Shown here: positions 1 through 11,500 of the stretch, piece after piece
Layout of the letters: every line of letters begins with the position of its first letter
Position numbering within the stretch: position 1 is the first letter of the stretch
Origin: Euglena gracilis
Taxonomy: Eukaryota
NCBI GenBank assembly: GCA_039621445.1
Contig: CP154954.1
Location: forward strand, 16,684,882 to 16,704,881
DNA: 20,000 nt
Direction of reading: 5' to 3'
Notes under the pieces: model-generated
Told to the model about the DNA's origin: nothing
Database searches by the model: none
What the model saw: only the letters and a program-made list of their open reading frames with translations
Translations under genes and position numbers: made by a program

Positions 1-2548
1 CATCGACCATTCACAAAAATACAAGTGGTCGATGTGCGCAAATACGCACACCGACCACTCACACAATTGCACAGGTGGCCGGTGTACACGAATGTGCAAA
101 TCGACCCTCATTCTGCATATTTATGTCACGTGAAGGTTCCGTTTGACATATGCACATTTCGGTGCCTTATAAGTGGAAGTGTTCTGAAAAGGTTCTGTCA
201 TGCCATGATCATTGTCTAAGAAAACTTGGGGCAAGGTTTTTGAATGGCTACCAGTTCCAATGTGCGACAGAGAACGGTGGCTTGTAAATGTGTCTTTGTT
301 TTGACCTCCGTATTTGGCTGTCTCTTCGCCCTAAACGGTTGGCATGCGCACTTGCGCACACCAACCATTGTGGAGGCAAAACTTTTGCAACTTGCGTGGT
401 GAAGAAATTCTGGTTTCAGGTAATAAGGAATGTTCAGTTGAACAAGCTCTATGACAGGAGAAAACTGGTCCATCTGCAGGTTTGTTTGTGTTGTCTCCAA
501 CCCACACAGCCCATCGTGTTCACGCCATCCGTTTGGAAGGTGCGTGGGAGGAACTGATGAATTGGAACCCCCGTGACTTTTGGACACTTTTCTTCAAAAA
601 AAAACGAGTTCCAGAATTTCAAAATTGCACATGTGTAATCTTCCGGTTATTTCGGCCAGTATCATTTTTCTGTTTTCACCACGATGATGTCTCTCTTTTT
701 TTTTCCATCAGAAAACAGGAAACACGCCAGTTTTTGTGCATAATATCTGTGTGTTGAGTTCCAGTACTTTCTCACACCCCATTAATCCGCAAAAATTCAA
801 TGTTCTCTGTCTCCAAAACAGTGGGATTTGTGGCCACATTTATGATGCTGCAATTTTCCATTGTTTCCGTGGAGCTGCAGCATGTCTGCCCCACCCCCCG
901 TCTGCTGTCCCAGTTGTGGTGGATAACACGACCACCCCCGTGGCTCTGAAGGGTTGATGACAGCCTTGTGGCTGCTGAAGCGCCATCACCTGTCCTCAGT
1001 TGGGCATCTGTTTCGGCAAGCTGGTAACCTGTAGGGAATGATTATCACGAGTGAAGAGTGAAACATATCTCTTTTTTTGAAAACTCGAGCTTTACACTTG
1101 GCTACTTGAGCCTCCCTGTCTGGTTGACTCCGCAGAGGCTCCTTCAGATAACCGGGAAGGCAGGTTGCATTTTTGTTTTGCAGGTACACAGGGTTCGCAC
1201 CCCCCCCCCACCAGCCCAACACCCATTTTTGGTCATTTCTGGGATTTCTTTTGTGGGACAAAGTCAGCCAAAACACACATAGAAAACCATGTTTCCACCA
1301 CGGCACGCAACGCTGAAGGAAAATATTTTATTGTCGGGGGGACCCCCCAGACCACCGGCACGATCATGTGCACCTGCGCACGTAGGGACACCCCACCTTC
1401 ACGCGCACACTTGCGCACAACTTGAACCCACAATCGCACGCATATGCAGACGCTTGGAGGGTAAGTTTGGGCGGCGTGTGAATCAGCGCTGGGGCACCCA
1501 GAACGGTCGGCGACACTCGCCACTAACCCCCAGTGGCTGCAGGACCACGAGTCGGCCGCCGAAAAACTACGGAACACACAGCAGGTGACAGGAACACACC
1601 CCCTTCGCCGCCCGTGTTGGAAATCCCGAGCCAGATGGACCCACACCCAGCACCGAACCGCGCGAACCTGCGCCTGTGGACACACACACTTCGTGCCCAC
1701 TTGAGCACGACTGAGGGCAGGTTGAGGGACCCTGTGACCCGGGCTGAAAACCCAGGCAGAGACGTGATGCTTCACGCAAGTGTCGTGCGTATGTCCGCAC
1801 GTTAGTCACCCCCCAGCTCTTCGTCTGCGCGGCCCTATTTTGAAGCCCCTGCCAGCAAGCACGTCGCAGGGAGGCAGCCACTGTCCAGGCAGCACAGCAC
1901 CGGGCTGAGGCCTTGAAGGTGGTCATGGAAGAGGGGTCTTTGGTGGCCGGGGTCGCGCGCATGTGCGCCTAATTGGGGGTCTTTGAGGAAAGAATCACAT
2001 GTCTGAAAATGTGATGAACGGGGGGTTAAACCTCATTGAGCAACACGGTAGAAACCTCCCACACTATTGGTTCTGAAACGCACCTCAAAACGCCCTGATT
2101 TATTGCGATAGCTGACATTGGTACGGCAGTCGCAAGGAGGGGGGCGGCGCGTATGACCAACCTGGGGTTGAAGGAACCAAGTCGGTGGCAGGGGGGGGTA
2201 CATGGACAAGGCCTCGTTTTTTTGAATTTGGGTCCCTTCTTTTTGGGCAAGTCCGATTTCGACTGGTGTTCATGTTGTGTGCAATCCAGAAACCGGGTCT
2301 GTGGAGGGGGGGTATCTCAAAAACAGACCAAACCTGCAACCCCCGACCAGACCGAAAGTTTTTGGTCTCCCAAAACAGTCAAAAATGCCATTTTGGGCAC
2401 TTTCTGGGCAAAAATTTGTCAAAAAATCAGGGGGGATTGATTTCGGAGACCTTCGGGGAAATTGCAGGAAAATTGCAGAAATTGCAGAAAAAATTGCGGA
2501 AAAATGCAGTTTTGGGAATGAGTAAACCCCCCACTTCTAATTAATAAT

Positions 2549-3223
2549 TAGTAAACCTATCCTATAACCCCCCCACGTATACCCCCCCCCTGGGCCCGAC
2601 CACCAAAGCGTGACTATAATCTCTAATAATAATAATAATTAATATACATATCCCCCCCCCTAGAGGGAAAAGTGGCTAAGACTTAGGCGGCGTAAATTGC
2701 CCATGACAAAATTGACTGAAGTGGCACCCGGAACAGTAGAAAAATGCTCCAAAAAACAGCCAAAATTTTCGAGTTGTGCATCAGGACAGAAATTTTTCAG
2801 CGTTATTGCGTATGTAACAGACGAAGCGGAAAACCGCTTCGATAATTTCTGAAATTTATTTTTAGTAGATTCACAGGTAAATACGAATAGTAAACCTATC
2901 CTATAACCCCCCCACGTATACCCCCCCCTGGGCCCGACCACCAAAGCGTGACTATAATCTCTAATAATAATAATAATTAATATACATATCCCCCCCCTAG
3001 AGGGAAAAGTGGCTAAAACTTAGGCGGCGTAAATTGCCCATGAAAAAATTGACTGAAGTGGCACCCGGAACAGTAGAAAAATGCTCCAAAAAACAGCCAA
3101 AATTTTCGAGTTGTGCATCAGGACAGAAATTTTTCAGCGTTATTGCGTATGTAACAGACGAAGCGGAAAACCGCTTCGATAATTTCTGAAATTTATTTTT
3201 AGTAGATTCACAGGTAAATACGA
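2549..3223 (+). repeat. Near-perfect tandem duplication of ~338 bp (2549-2886 and 2888-3223) spanning the left end of the element
   Basis: Copies differ only by two 1-nt poly-C indels and two substitutions (ctaagact/ctaaaact; atgacaaa/atgaaaaa). Confidence 0.95.
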
Positions 3224-4698
3224 CGCAGCAAAAAGGTTGCAGAAAACCTACCACAATCGACACACAACGAATGATGTCATCTGTCAAGCAGACACACAGA
3301 GACAGAAAAATAATATATACATAGCAAATACCTGCGAGCAACTAACGAATCAGTATAACAAGGAAATTTAAGTAAAATGCCGAATGAAGCGGAATACCTC
3401 TTCATCGACACCCAGAGTCGTGATATTACATTAAGTGCAACTGAATCAGAGGTAACAGGAATACATGTACAATTATGCTGTACAGGATAAAAAGGAGGAG
3501 AGACCACGTTGCACCTTTGTGATCAACTCGACCTGACACCGACGTTGGCCACCGTCGGTGTCGGTTGTTCCTGTGGGCTGCCGGGGCCGCAAGCGGCGGA
3601 AGCAGGCACCTGGCAGCCCCGTGGCTCCCCGCCTTGCACTGCCAGAGACAGACTGGTTTTAGGCCTAAACAGAATGAAAAACTAACATTTGAGGTTTGTG
3701 GTGCACTTGGCAGTTTGGTGGTTGTGTAGTGCGCGGAACAAATGCGTAGGTCCATGAGAAGCAGATAATGAATACAAAGCAAGCGGTTTTCCGCTTCCTT
3801 TGCACGTAATGGACACAATTTCACAAAAAGGGGAGAGGCTGGACCGGGTCCAATTCACTTCCCCGTACCCCTGAACGGTGCCCAGCCGTCAGGGGTTCAG
3901 TTACGGCTTTTGCTGGACCAGGCAGGCGAGCGTACAGTCCAGGCTCCCCGTTCATCGCAGTACATACGCGTTACGTAGTGTACGATGAATCTTGCGCATT
4001 GCACTTTGTGGTTCAGTCAAACGTTAAACGGTTAACAACATCGCGCATCGCATTGCAATGCGGACGAACGCACTCAGAATACAACGACAGAATGAACATG
4101 AAGCGGTTTTCCGCTTCTTTTTAATAAGATGAGCAATATGCTTAATGTCCATCGCGAGGTGAGGTACATAACTGTTTACCGGTTGCATGTACCATGAACA
4201 GGACACCAATCGTCATCTTAGCATCCAAATTGAAGAACTAAGTTACAGTGGTGTACCGAAGTCAAGATTGGTCCACTGCAATTCGTTGTGCACGTATCTC
4301 CGCCTGTGCTACGACACTTGCGCTGAGTTCATCGAGTCCATGAGAAGTCCTCTGCAAACATGACCTTGGCGGAGTTTTTATTATCAAAGTCAGGATGGAA
4401 GACAGTTTTATATGTCCAACAGATGAAAATGAAGCGGAAAACCGCTTCACCTACGCCTGAAATCGCGATGCCGTCTGTTCATACCGAGTGATGTGACCAC
4501 AAAGTACTACATTGTCCAGACCCCATGCATTCAGGTAGTTTAACTGAATGTGCTCTTCGGGCTGCCGCTGGCAATGGCCAGCAAAGGCCGTATGTGGCGG
4601 GGACTGCCCACCCCTCCCACGTACTGTCTGTGGTTCCCTACCAGTGACAGCCTCCTTTTTTGCTTTTACTGGAGGCAGCGGGAATCCACTTCATACGT

Positions 4699-4968
4699 GT
4701 GGGTAGCGACTGTGATCACCCAGGCAGTCGGGTTCATCAGTGCAGATTGGACTCAATTTGCTGGACGATGTTTACTTTCTGGTGCAGTGCTAAGTCACAT
4801 TGGTATGGACAGCTGAAGAAAGACGTGAGGTCAGTGTATATACCGAGATCAAGATACTACATACGCCTGTGATGTTGTGATTAGTTGGTTAGTCCGCAGG
4901 GCAGGGTAGTGACTGTGATCACGGCAGGCAGTCAAGCAAATGTGGGTAGTGACTGTGATCACCCAGGC
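4699..4968 (+). repeat. Three copies of a ~28-30 bp repeat GGGTAGYGACTGTGATCAC(CC/GG)AGGC
   Basis: Copies at 4699-4729, 4904-4933 and 4942-4968, each with a GTGATCAC palindromic core. Confidence 0.85.
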
Positions 4969-5452
4969 GGTTGTACCAAAAAAAACATGCATTAATTTAA
5001 AATGAGACAGAATAGGAAGCGTTTTTCCGCTTCCTGAAAAAATGGAAGAAAAAATACGTAAATCCAACCCTACGTTTCTGAATCGCGAGGTTTCTAACCG
5101 ACGTAAAATGGCAGTTGTACCACCAACCACATCAATTCACCATAAGTTCCTAGGTACTCGTGTTTTGGGAAGGATTTTACCTGACATCGCGCTCTGGATG
5201 CGCCCATTTTGAGAGACCAACGTCCTGTTGCACCCCCCGTTTCAAAATAAGAATACCCTTACCAAACAGCACCCCAAAAACAGCACTACCGTCCAAATGA
5301 AGCGGAAAACCGCTTCATAAATGAAACTATAAGCTATTTAACAAACAGTTCTGAGTTTAATGTGTTATAAACACCAGATTGCCAAGAGGAAGCGGTTATC
5401 CGCTTCCTTTTCTGTCAGTATATCCGTATCTGCCCATTGAAACAGAGAACAC

Positions 5453-8185
5453 ATGCCCGCTGTTGCATCGCCTGTCCAATTGGTCCTGAACATTCGGGGC
5501 CTTCGCGCCTATTTGCAACATGGCAGGCCTCGTTCGGGATGGGACCTATTTTACGATGCTTTCGTAGCTCGTCAAGTAGGTGCCCAAGCAATTGTTTCAC
5601 TGTGCTGCATGGTGCGGCTGAATCGACGTTCACGTCGCACAGTGGAAGCGGTGCGGGAGGCCTACATGCGGTCTTCGTCTCACCGTCCACGTTGGCTGGG
5701 ACAGCTCGCCACTGGGGCGTATGCTGTGTGGCGTACGCTGCATCGACATCGACATCGACATCGGCATCGACAGGCACAACCCCTTGCAGACCCCAGTACA
5801 GTGGCCGAGAACAATCCCAGCATGCGGGCACTGCAGCAGCTTCCGAGGGCAATGCGGAGAACTCTACGGCACACTGGCATGGTGGGTTGTACGGAGGTGC
5901 CGGTTGCAGCCCGGGCAGCAGTGGCGGAGCGGGACATCCTGGCCTCCCTGCGGAACCACCAGGTTGTCCTCTGGCTGGACAACTTCTGCTGGCTATGCTG
6001 GGGAACGGACCCGGCCACCCCAAACCTGAGCCAGAACCTCACTGCTTTTGGAACAGTGCAGGGTATAAATCATACTGATGTGTGCATGATTCAATGAATC
6101 ACTGGTTGGATCCTGAAGCAGTTAAGAATTAAACGACTTTCGGTGAATGGTAATGAAGCGGAAAACCGCTTCATTAATACTCAATATGTTTGCATGGTTG
6201 TTTGTGGTTCAACTGTAACAAGTAAATGATTCAGAAGCATGGTAACACCCGTACTTTGCACTGATGACGCTTTCTGCAGCTGGAGAACCTGTTGCACCGA
6301 CAGGGGACGAGGACACGTTCCTTGACCTTCCCGGTGTCTCCAGGACACCCAGAGCTGAGCGACCTGATTGGCAACTTGGAGGTGGTGGCGTCCTCCTGTT
6401 GTACCGCATCGTTGCTGCTGCACCAAGCCGTGGGTCGCATACAACGGATGCAGCTGACGGAGACGAGTATCAGGGTGCCGCTGGATGTGGCGCGGACCGA
6501 CATGCGGTCACTGCAGTGGCGTCCGCTGTCGCTGACCGAGCAGGTGGTGTTAGCCAACCTGGACCTGCTGCTGGTGCTGCAGACGGCGAAGTCACTGCAG
6601 CACCTCACTCGTCGCCAAACGCCTCTCCTGGTGGATGAGAACATCCACTACCGGTGTATGCGGCTGCTGTACTCTGCATCGGCATCGCGGTACTACGTGT
6701 CCCGCTATCTGGCCGAGGTCCCCCTGTTGTACGGCATCTGGCACGCGTACAAACACACGGTGATCGTCGTGTACCGGGCGTTCTTCCCGGTGCTGGCCCA
6801 CCTGGAGGTGTCCCCTGGTGACCACCACTTGACGTGCAGCCTGCGGAGCCACCGGAAAGTGCTGTACATGGAGAAGCTGTTTGCCAGCCTTCTGTTGTCC
6901 CGCGAGTCGGTCATGTCCCACTCTGAGTCGCGCATAGCACCAGGGAAGCGGTTTTCCGCTTGCTTGACGTTCACTGATGCAATTTCATGATGTATGTGAC
7001 ATGCTATCTGCGATTCAGTAGTCAACTGGCAACCAGAATGGGAGATTGGAGTCGCTCTGGGAGTACACGAGCTGAACAACAGCAGCAACTCCGGTCCTAC
7101 CTGTACCAGCTGCTGCAAGGGCTGTGGAACATCCTGGTCTTCTATGCCCCGGCCTTGCTGCACCTGGGACATGAGGTCCGACAGTGTACCTGGAGTGGTA
7201 GACCCGAGGACGAGGTGAAGGGCACCACCGTGCTGCAGAAGTGCCTCCTGCTGATGTTGCACCTGGAGCGCCTGATGAGTCCCGGAAGGCCGCCGCCCTT
7301 GGAGTACCAGCGGACCATCTCCCTGGCCCTGCTGGGGTGGCAGGACTGGATGTCCCGGCTGCTGGGCTGCGTGTTCGTGGAGGAGGCTGGTGAGGCCATG
7401 CTGTCGAGGTTGTCCTCTGCCTGCAAGCGGAATCCCCACGTGACCAGCTTCGAGGGTACGCTGCAGCTGTTCCTGAACCTCGGCGAGCCCTCCGGCAAGG
7501 CTCACCACAGCCGTGGCAGCCTCCGGAAGCAGCTCGTGCAGGAGATGGCACGTCGTGTTCGTGGCCTGCTTGGCAGCCCTGGTGACCGTCCATTTCCGAA
7601 GCGGGTGGACAGCACAACCGTACGGTGGCTGGTGGACCCAGAGACCTACCCCACCTGGATGGCACCGGAACCTCCACCAACGCGGATGACCACTGAGCAG
7701 CTGCTGCCCGTCCTGCGACACTCCGTGCAGACGCTGGTCCGAGGACAGCGCCTCGCTGCAGACGTGGAGGAGTGGTTCAGGACCAACGTGGGCACTGTTG
7801 ATCCAGATATTCTGCAAGAAAGAGAAGAGGCGATGTACCCCTTCCTCACGCGCAGAAGAAGCAGGGCTCCACAGCGGAACATCCTCTTCAGCGTCCAGAT
7901 GAAGCGGAAAACCGCTTGCACGACACGGATGAAGCGGATACCTGCTTCGATGTCAACTCAGCTGAGATGGAGGTGGCAGAGGCCTCGATCGTGGTGGGTG
8001 ACCAGGAGGAAGGCAGCAGTCTGTACGAGCCACCGGAGTCCCTCTACGAGCCGCCCGGTGACTTATCGGACGGCTACGTGTCCGTGGGGGCCTCCGACGG
8101 ATTGGACTGGCTGGGCTCACTGCAAGGCAGTGATATATCCGATGCTTCATCGGACGTATCCGTAGCAGTGGTGTGTAAATGCTGA
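5453..8185 (+). CDS. Putative RNase H-fold DDE transposase (Transib/RAG1-like motif order); spliced, 5' end unresolved, apparent frameshift near 7850
   Basis: GC3-rich exons ~5453-6050, 6269-6919, 7024-~7850 and an acidic tail in another frame to TGA at 8185. Removing introns 6051-6268 and 6920-7023 joins the frames (..TAFG-FLQLENLL..; ..SVMSQ-LATRM..). Motifs in order: VVLWLDNF, PLLVDENI, YGIWHAYKH, FVEEAGEAMLSRL. Confidence 0.6.
5741..5770 (+). repeat. (CATCGA)5 microsatellite within the coding exon, encoding HRHRHRHRHR
   Basis: catcga catcga catcga catcgg catcga. Confidence 0.9.
6051..6268 (+). other. Nonconventional euglenid-type intron
   Basis: CAG at +4..+6 (6054) and CTG at -8..-6 (6261); CAGTGCAGGGTAT pairs with GTACTTTGCACTG; excision preserves frame; contains palindrome 6155. 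Confidence 0.75.
6920..7023 (+). other. Nonconventional euglenid-type intron
   Basis: CTGAGTCGC..ATAGCA pairs with TGCTAT..GCGATTCAG; excision joins ORFs 6292 and 6987 in frame; contains palindrome 6945. Confidence 0.75.
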
Positions 8186-8545
8186 TTGCTGTTTGTGGGA
8201 GATTTCTGTTGTATATACGGTATTTGGGACACGTTGGGTTCACACGCTGGCTATTACTAACTAATACATAAGCAAATATGGGCATACCGGACCATGACCA
8301 CTACAGACAACAAGAAAAGGGATGCCTTTTTTAAACATGGTGCTGTTTGGTCCAGGTTGGCAGTGTAAAATGGAGAGTGTTTTGAAAACAACAAGCAAAA
8401 TCAAAAAAAATAACCAATTTTGTTGGGTTTTATAAGTTCTTTTTGGGAAATAAATGATGCAAATCCATTCAACTCAGCTTTATTTTCCACAGATTGGATG
8501 ATTATGTACATATTTTTCGATTTTTTTCTTCACAGACCAGTACAC

Positions 8546-11500
8546 ATGCCTGCGAAGAAGCTGGCGAAGGCAGACACCACGGGACAGTCGATCCCGAAGC
8601 TGCTGGAAGACGAGGAGATGTGGCTGCAGAGGGAACAGGGTTAGATTTGTGGTTCCTTTTGGTGAATGAACATACATTCTTCAATGAAGCAAACATTCAG
8701 AAGCATTGACAGATAAAAAATCACTTTGGTCAACTAATGAAGCGGAAACACTCTTCATTGCTGTGAATTGCATTATTTCTCCCACAAAAGAAATATATCT
8801 TAACTAACCCTGTAGTCGGGCAGCTGGTCCTGGACGTTGACCTGAGCCGGGGGCAGGTCCGGTGGCCCCGTCAGGAGCACGTGAACGACCTCATCACCGA
8901 GCTGAAGAACAATCCGCCGCAGGAGCTGGTGCTGACAGTGTGGCCGGAGAGAGGTGTCCACCAGCCCCCTCCATATTGTGTTTGTCGTTCCTGTGGATCA
9001 GACCCCCACACGTCAAGTTGGTTGTTTGCCGGAAGTGGGTTGGAACTTTGGACATGGGTTCTGTGTTTCTCTATTTCATCATATGGAAATCATCATGCGT
9101 TGTGTGGGGCAATGGATCGTTTCTGAATGTGTTCCCCTCTTCTCAGCTACGGGGAAGTGGGTCATCCTGAGTGGTCAACATCGTTTCCTGGCCGCGTCGG
9201 CCATCGCCGACGCCGCCATCGCCGATGCCCGGCGGCCGCCAGCCTTCACGGAGAAGTTCCGGTGCAAGGTGGTGAAGGAGAACACCAGCATCATCGAGCG
9301 CCAGCAGCTGGCCGGCAGGTTGCAGGCCATGGACGGCAACGTCATGGACATGACCCTGGCGGACCGCCTGCACTGGCTGCTGAAGGAGGACACCCACAAC
9401 CGGGAGATTGCCGAGGCGGAAGGGGTGGCGTACAACCCCACCAAGGCGGAGCTGTTGAAGAACGTGTACAGCAAGACGGGATGCCGCGAGACCGTGGACG
9501 GTGCCCTATGTTCTGTCGCCTATGGATGATTGTGCAGCCCAGAATGACTATATGATATTTGATGATTGATGGCATATTCAGTTTGTTGTCAGTTTGTTGT
9601 TGGTGGTTTTCAAATGCGATCGCAAAAGGAAGCGTTTTCCCGCTTCATTACCCTCCCGTTTTTAATTTTTAACCTTCTCAGGGTACGTGGGTCAAAGCCA
9701 TGATCCCGGTCACGGAGTGGGTGCTGCAGAGTGGGACCGAGGCTGTGGAGGTGGTGAAGAGGATGGAGGCCCGTGGTGGGGACCGTGTGTCCCCACACAC
9801 GTTCAAGTGCCTGGAGGCCATCTACCACCCGGACGACTACGCGGAGCTGGCCCAGGTGATGTTGGACGAGAAGTCCAAGCCCACCACCCAGCGGCTGGTC
9901 CAGTCTCCACATTTTGCATTCCACATCTGGCGGATGGTTATAAATCCCGAAAATAAAGAGGGACTTTTCATCAACAACGCAGACAGGAAGCGTGTTTCCG
10001 CTTTGTACATAAACTTTTTTAATTTTTAATGTATAATTGTGTTCATAGTGTTCACCCACTCATCCAAAATACAAAATGGAGTCTGCTGCCAGGCAGGAGA
10101 CGGCGAAGCTGGTGCGCCGCAGGACCTGGACGTGGCTGCTGCAGCACCCGGAGCTGGATGCCGACGTTCTTCACCCGACCAGAAGTGTGTGCTGTTTAAT
10201 TATTTGCATTAATCATATGCATGCACGTCTAAGAACTGCTGGCTTTCTCCATTTTTGATAACTGGTTCTTTACATGGATAAAATTCAGTCTGTATCATGA
10301 AGCGTTTTTCCGCTTCACTTTGCCAATTTGTGTTTTTTTTTGCAGAGGACCTGGCGCAGGTGGCCGCGCTGGAGACCGCCCTGCAGCCGGAGCACGTGAA
10401 GGTGCCGATGACCGGGGTGAAGTGGAGGTGGTCGCCCGAAGCCCCCTGTGCGGGGACCAACTTCTGATTTGTAAAAACAATTCTCGTTTCACAGCCTGGA
10501 GTGAATGCACCCCTCCCAGTGAATGCATGCACACCCCTCTCTGATGCGATGTCAGTTGTCCCCCGGCATTGGCCACCCGTCGAGGTAGTACGCCGCGCGC
10601 CGCTGTGGGCCGACCCCCTGTACGAGGGACTGAGGCAGCGGCTGCTGGGCCAGGTGATGGAGCCCGTCGTCAAGATCGGGGGCGTCTTCGGCACCCTGGA
10701 CCTGCACGGCATGAGCCTGCCTGGCCGTGGACCGTCAACGCCCGGCAAACCAAAGAAACCGGAGGAGGAGGTGTCCAGCACCCAGGAGATCTCCACGCCG
10801 GGCCGGGCCTCGGCCAAGCGGGCCGCCCAGCCTGAGGTGCTGAAGACCGGCCTCATCCACGTGGTGCCCATGCAGTCCACGGACAACGCCTGGCCGAAGG
10901 ACCTCCGTCTGCTGGACCTGGCAGCTGTGGTGGTGGAGGTGGAGCCCCAGCAGTTCGCCGACAATGACAGCGTGCATACCGAGGTGTTCAGGCTCATGCT
11001 GACGGGGGTGCCCATGATCGCCGTCGGGAGGGACATCGACCTGCGAGATCTCCAAGCGCGGCTGACGAAGATGCTGGCCAGTGAGATGACCGTCTTCCGC
11101 AAGGACATCGTCCTCTTCATCCCGCAGTCGGGGCCCGACCCGGACTGGATCTGGGCGCGAAGGACCCTGTCTGTGATCACCACGAACAAGAAGACGATGA
11201 AGGTGCACCATCTATTTTATTTTATGATGAAGCGGAAAAGCGCTTCCTGTTAATGAGAGCAGTTCTTTTCTTTTCTTGTCTATGTCATAGTGAATGCATA
11301 CATGTACATCGTACAAAACAGAAAATCCTTGTCCCTTCCCGTCGTAGGACCCCGGCCAGATCACCTTGCAGGGGATGCACCAGGTCCCGGATTGCACTTA
11401 GCATGCCAGTTAAGAATGTTGTCTTCAGTTTTCATACTTCAAGCATGAACTTGTGTCCCTGTTGTTGAGGGCAGTGTCAACCAACCTCGTTAGTTTTTGG

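Noticed and set aside
1-2540. ORFs in the left flank, including the coding-like patch at ~1600-1760
   Set aside because: No recognisable domain or splice pattern; at most decayed repeat fragments.
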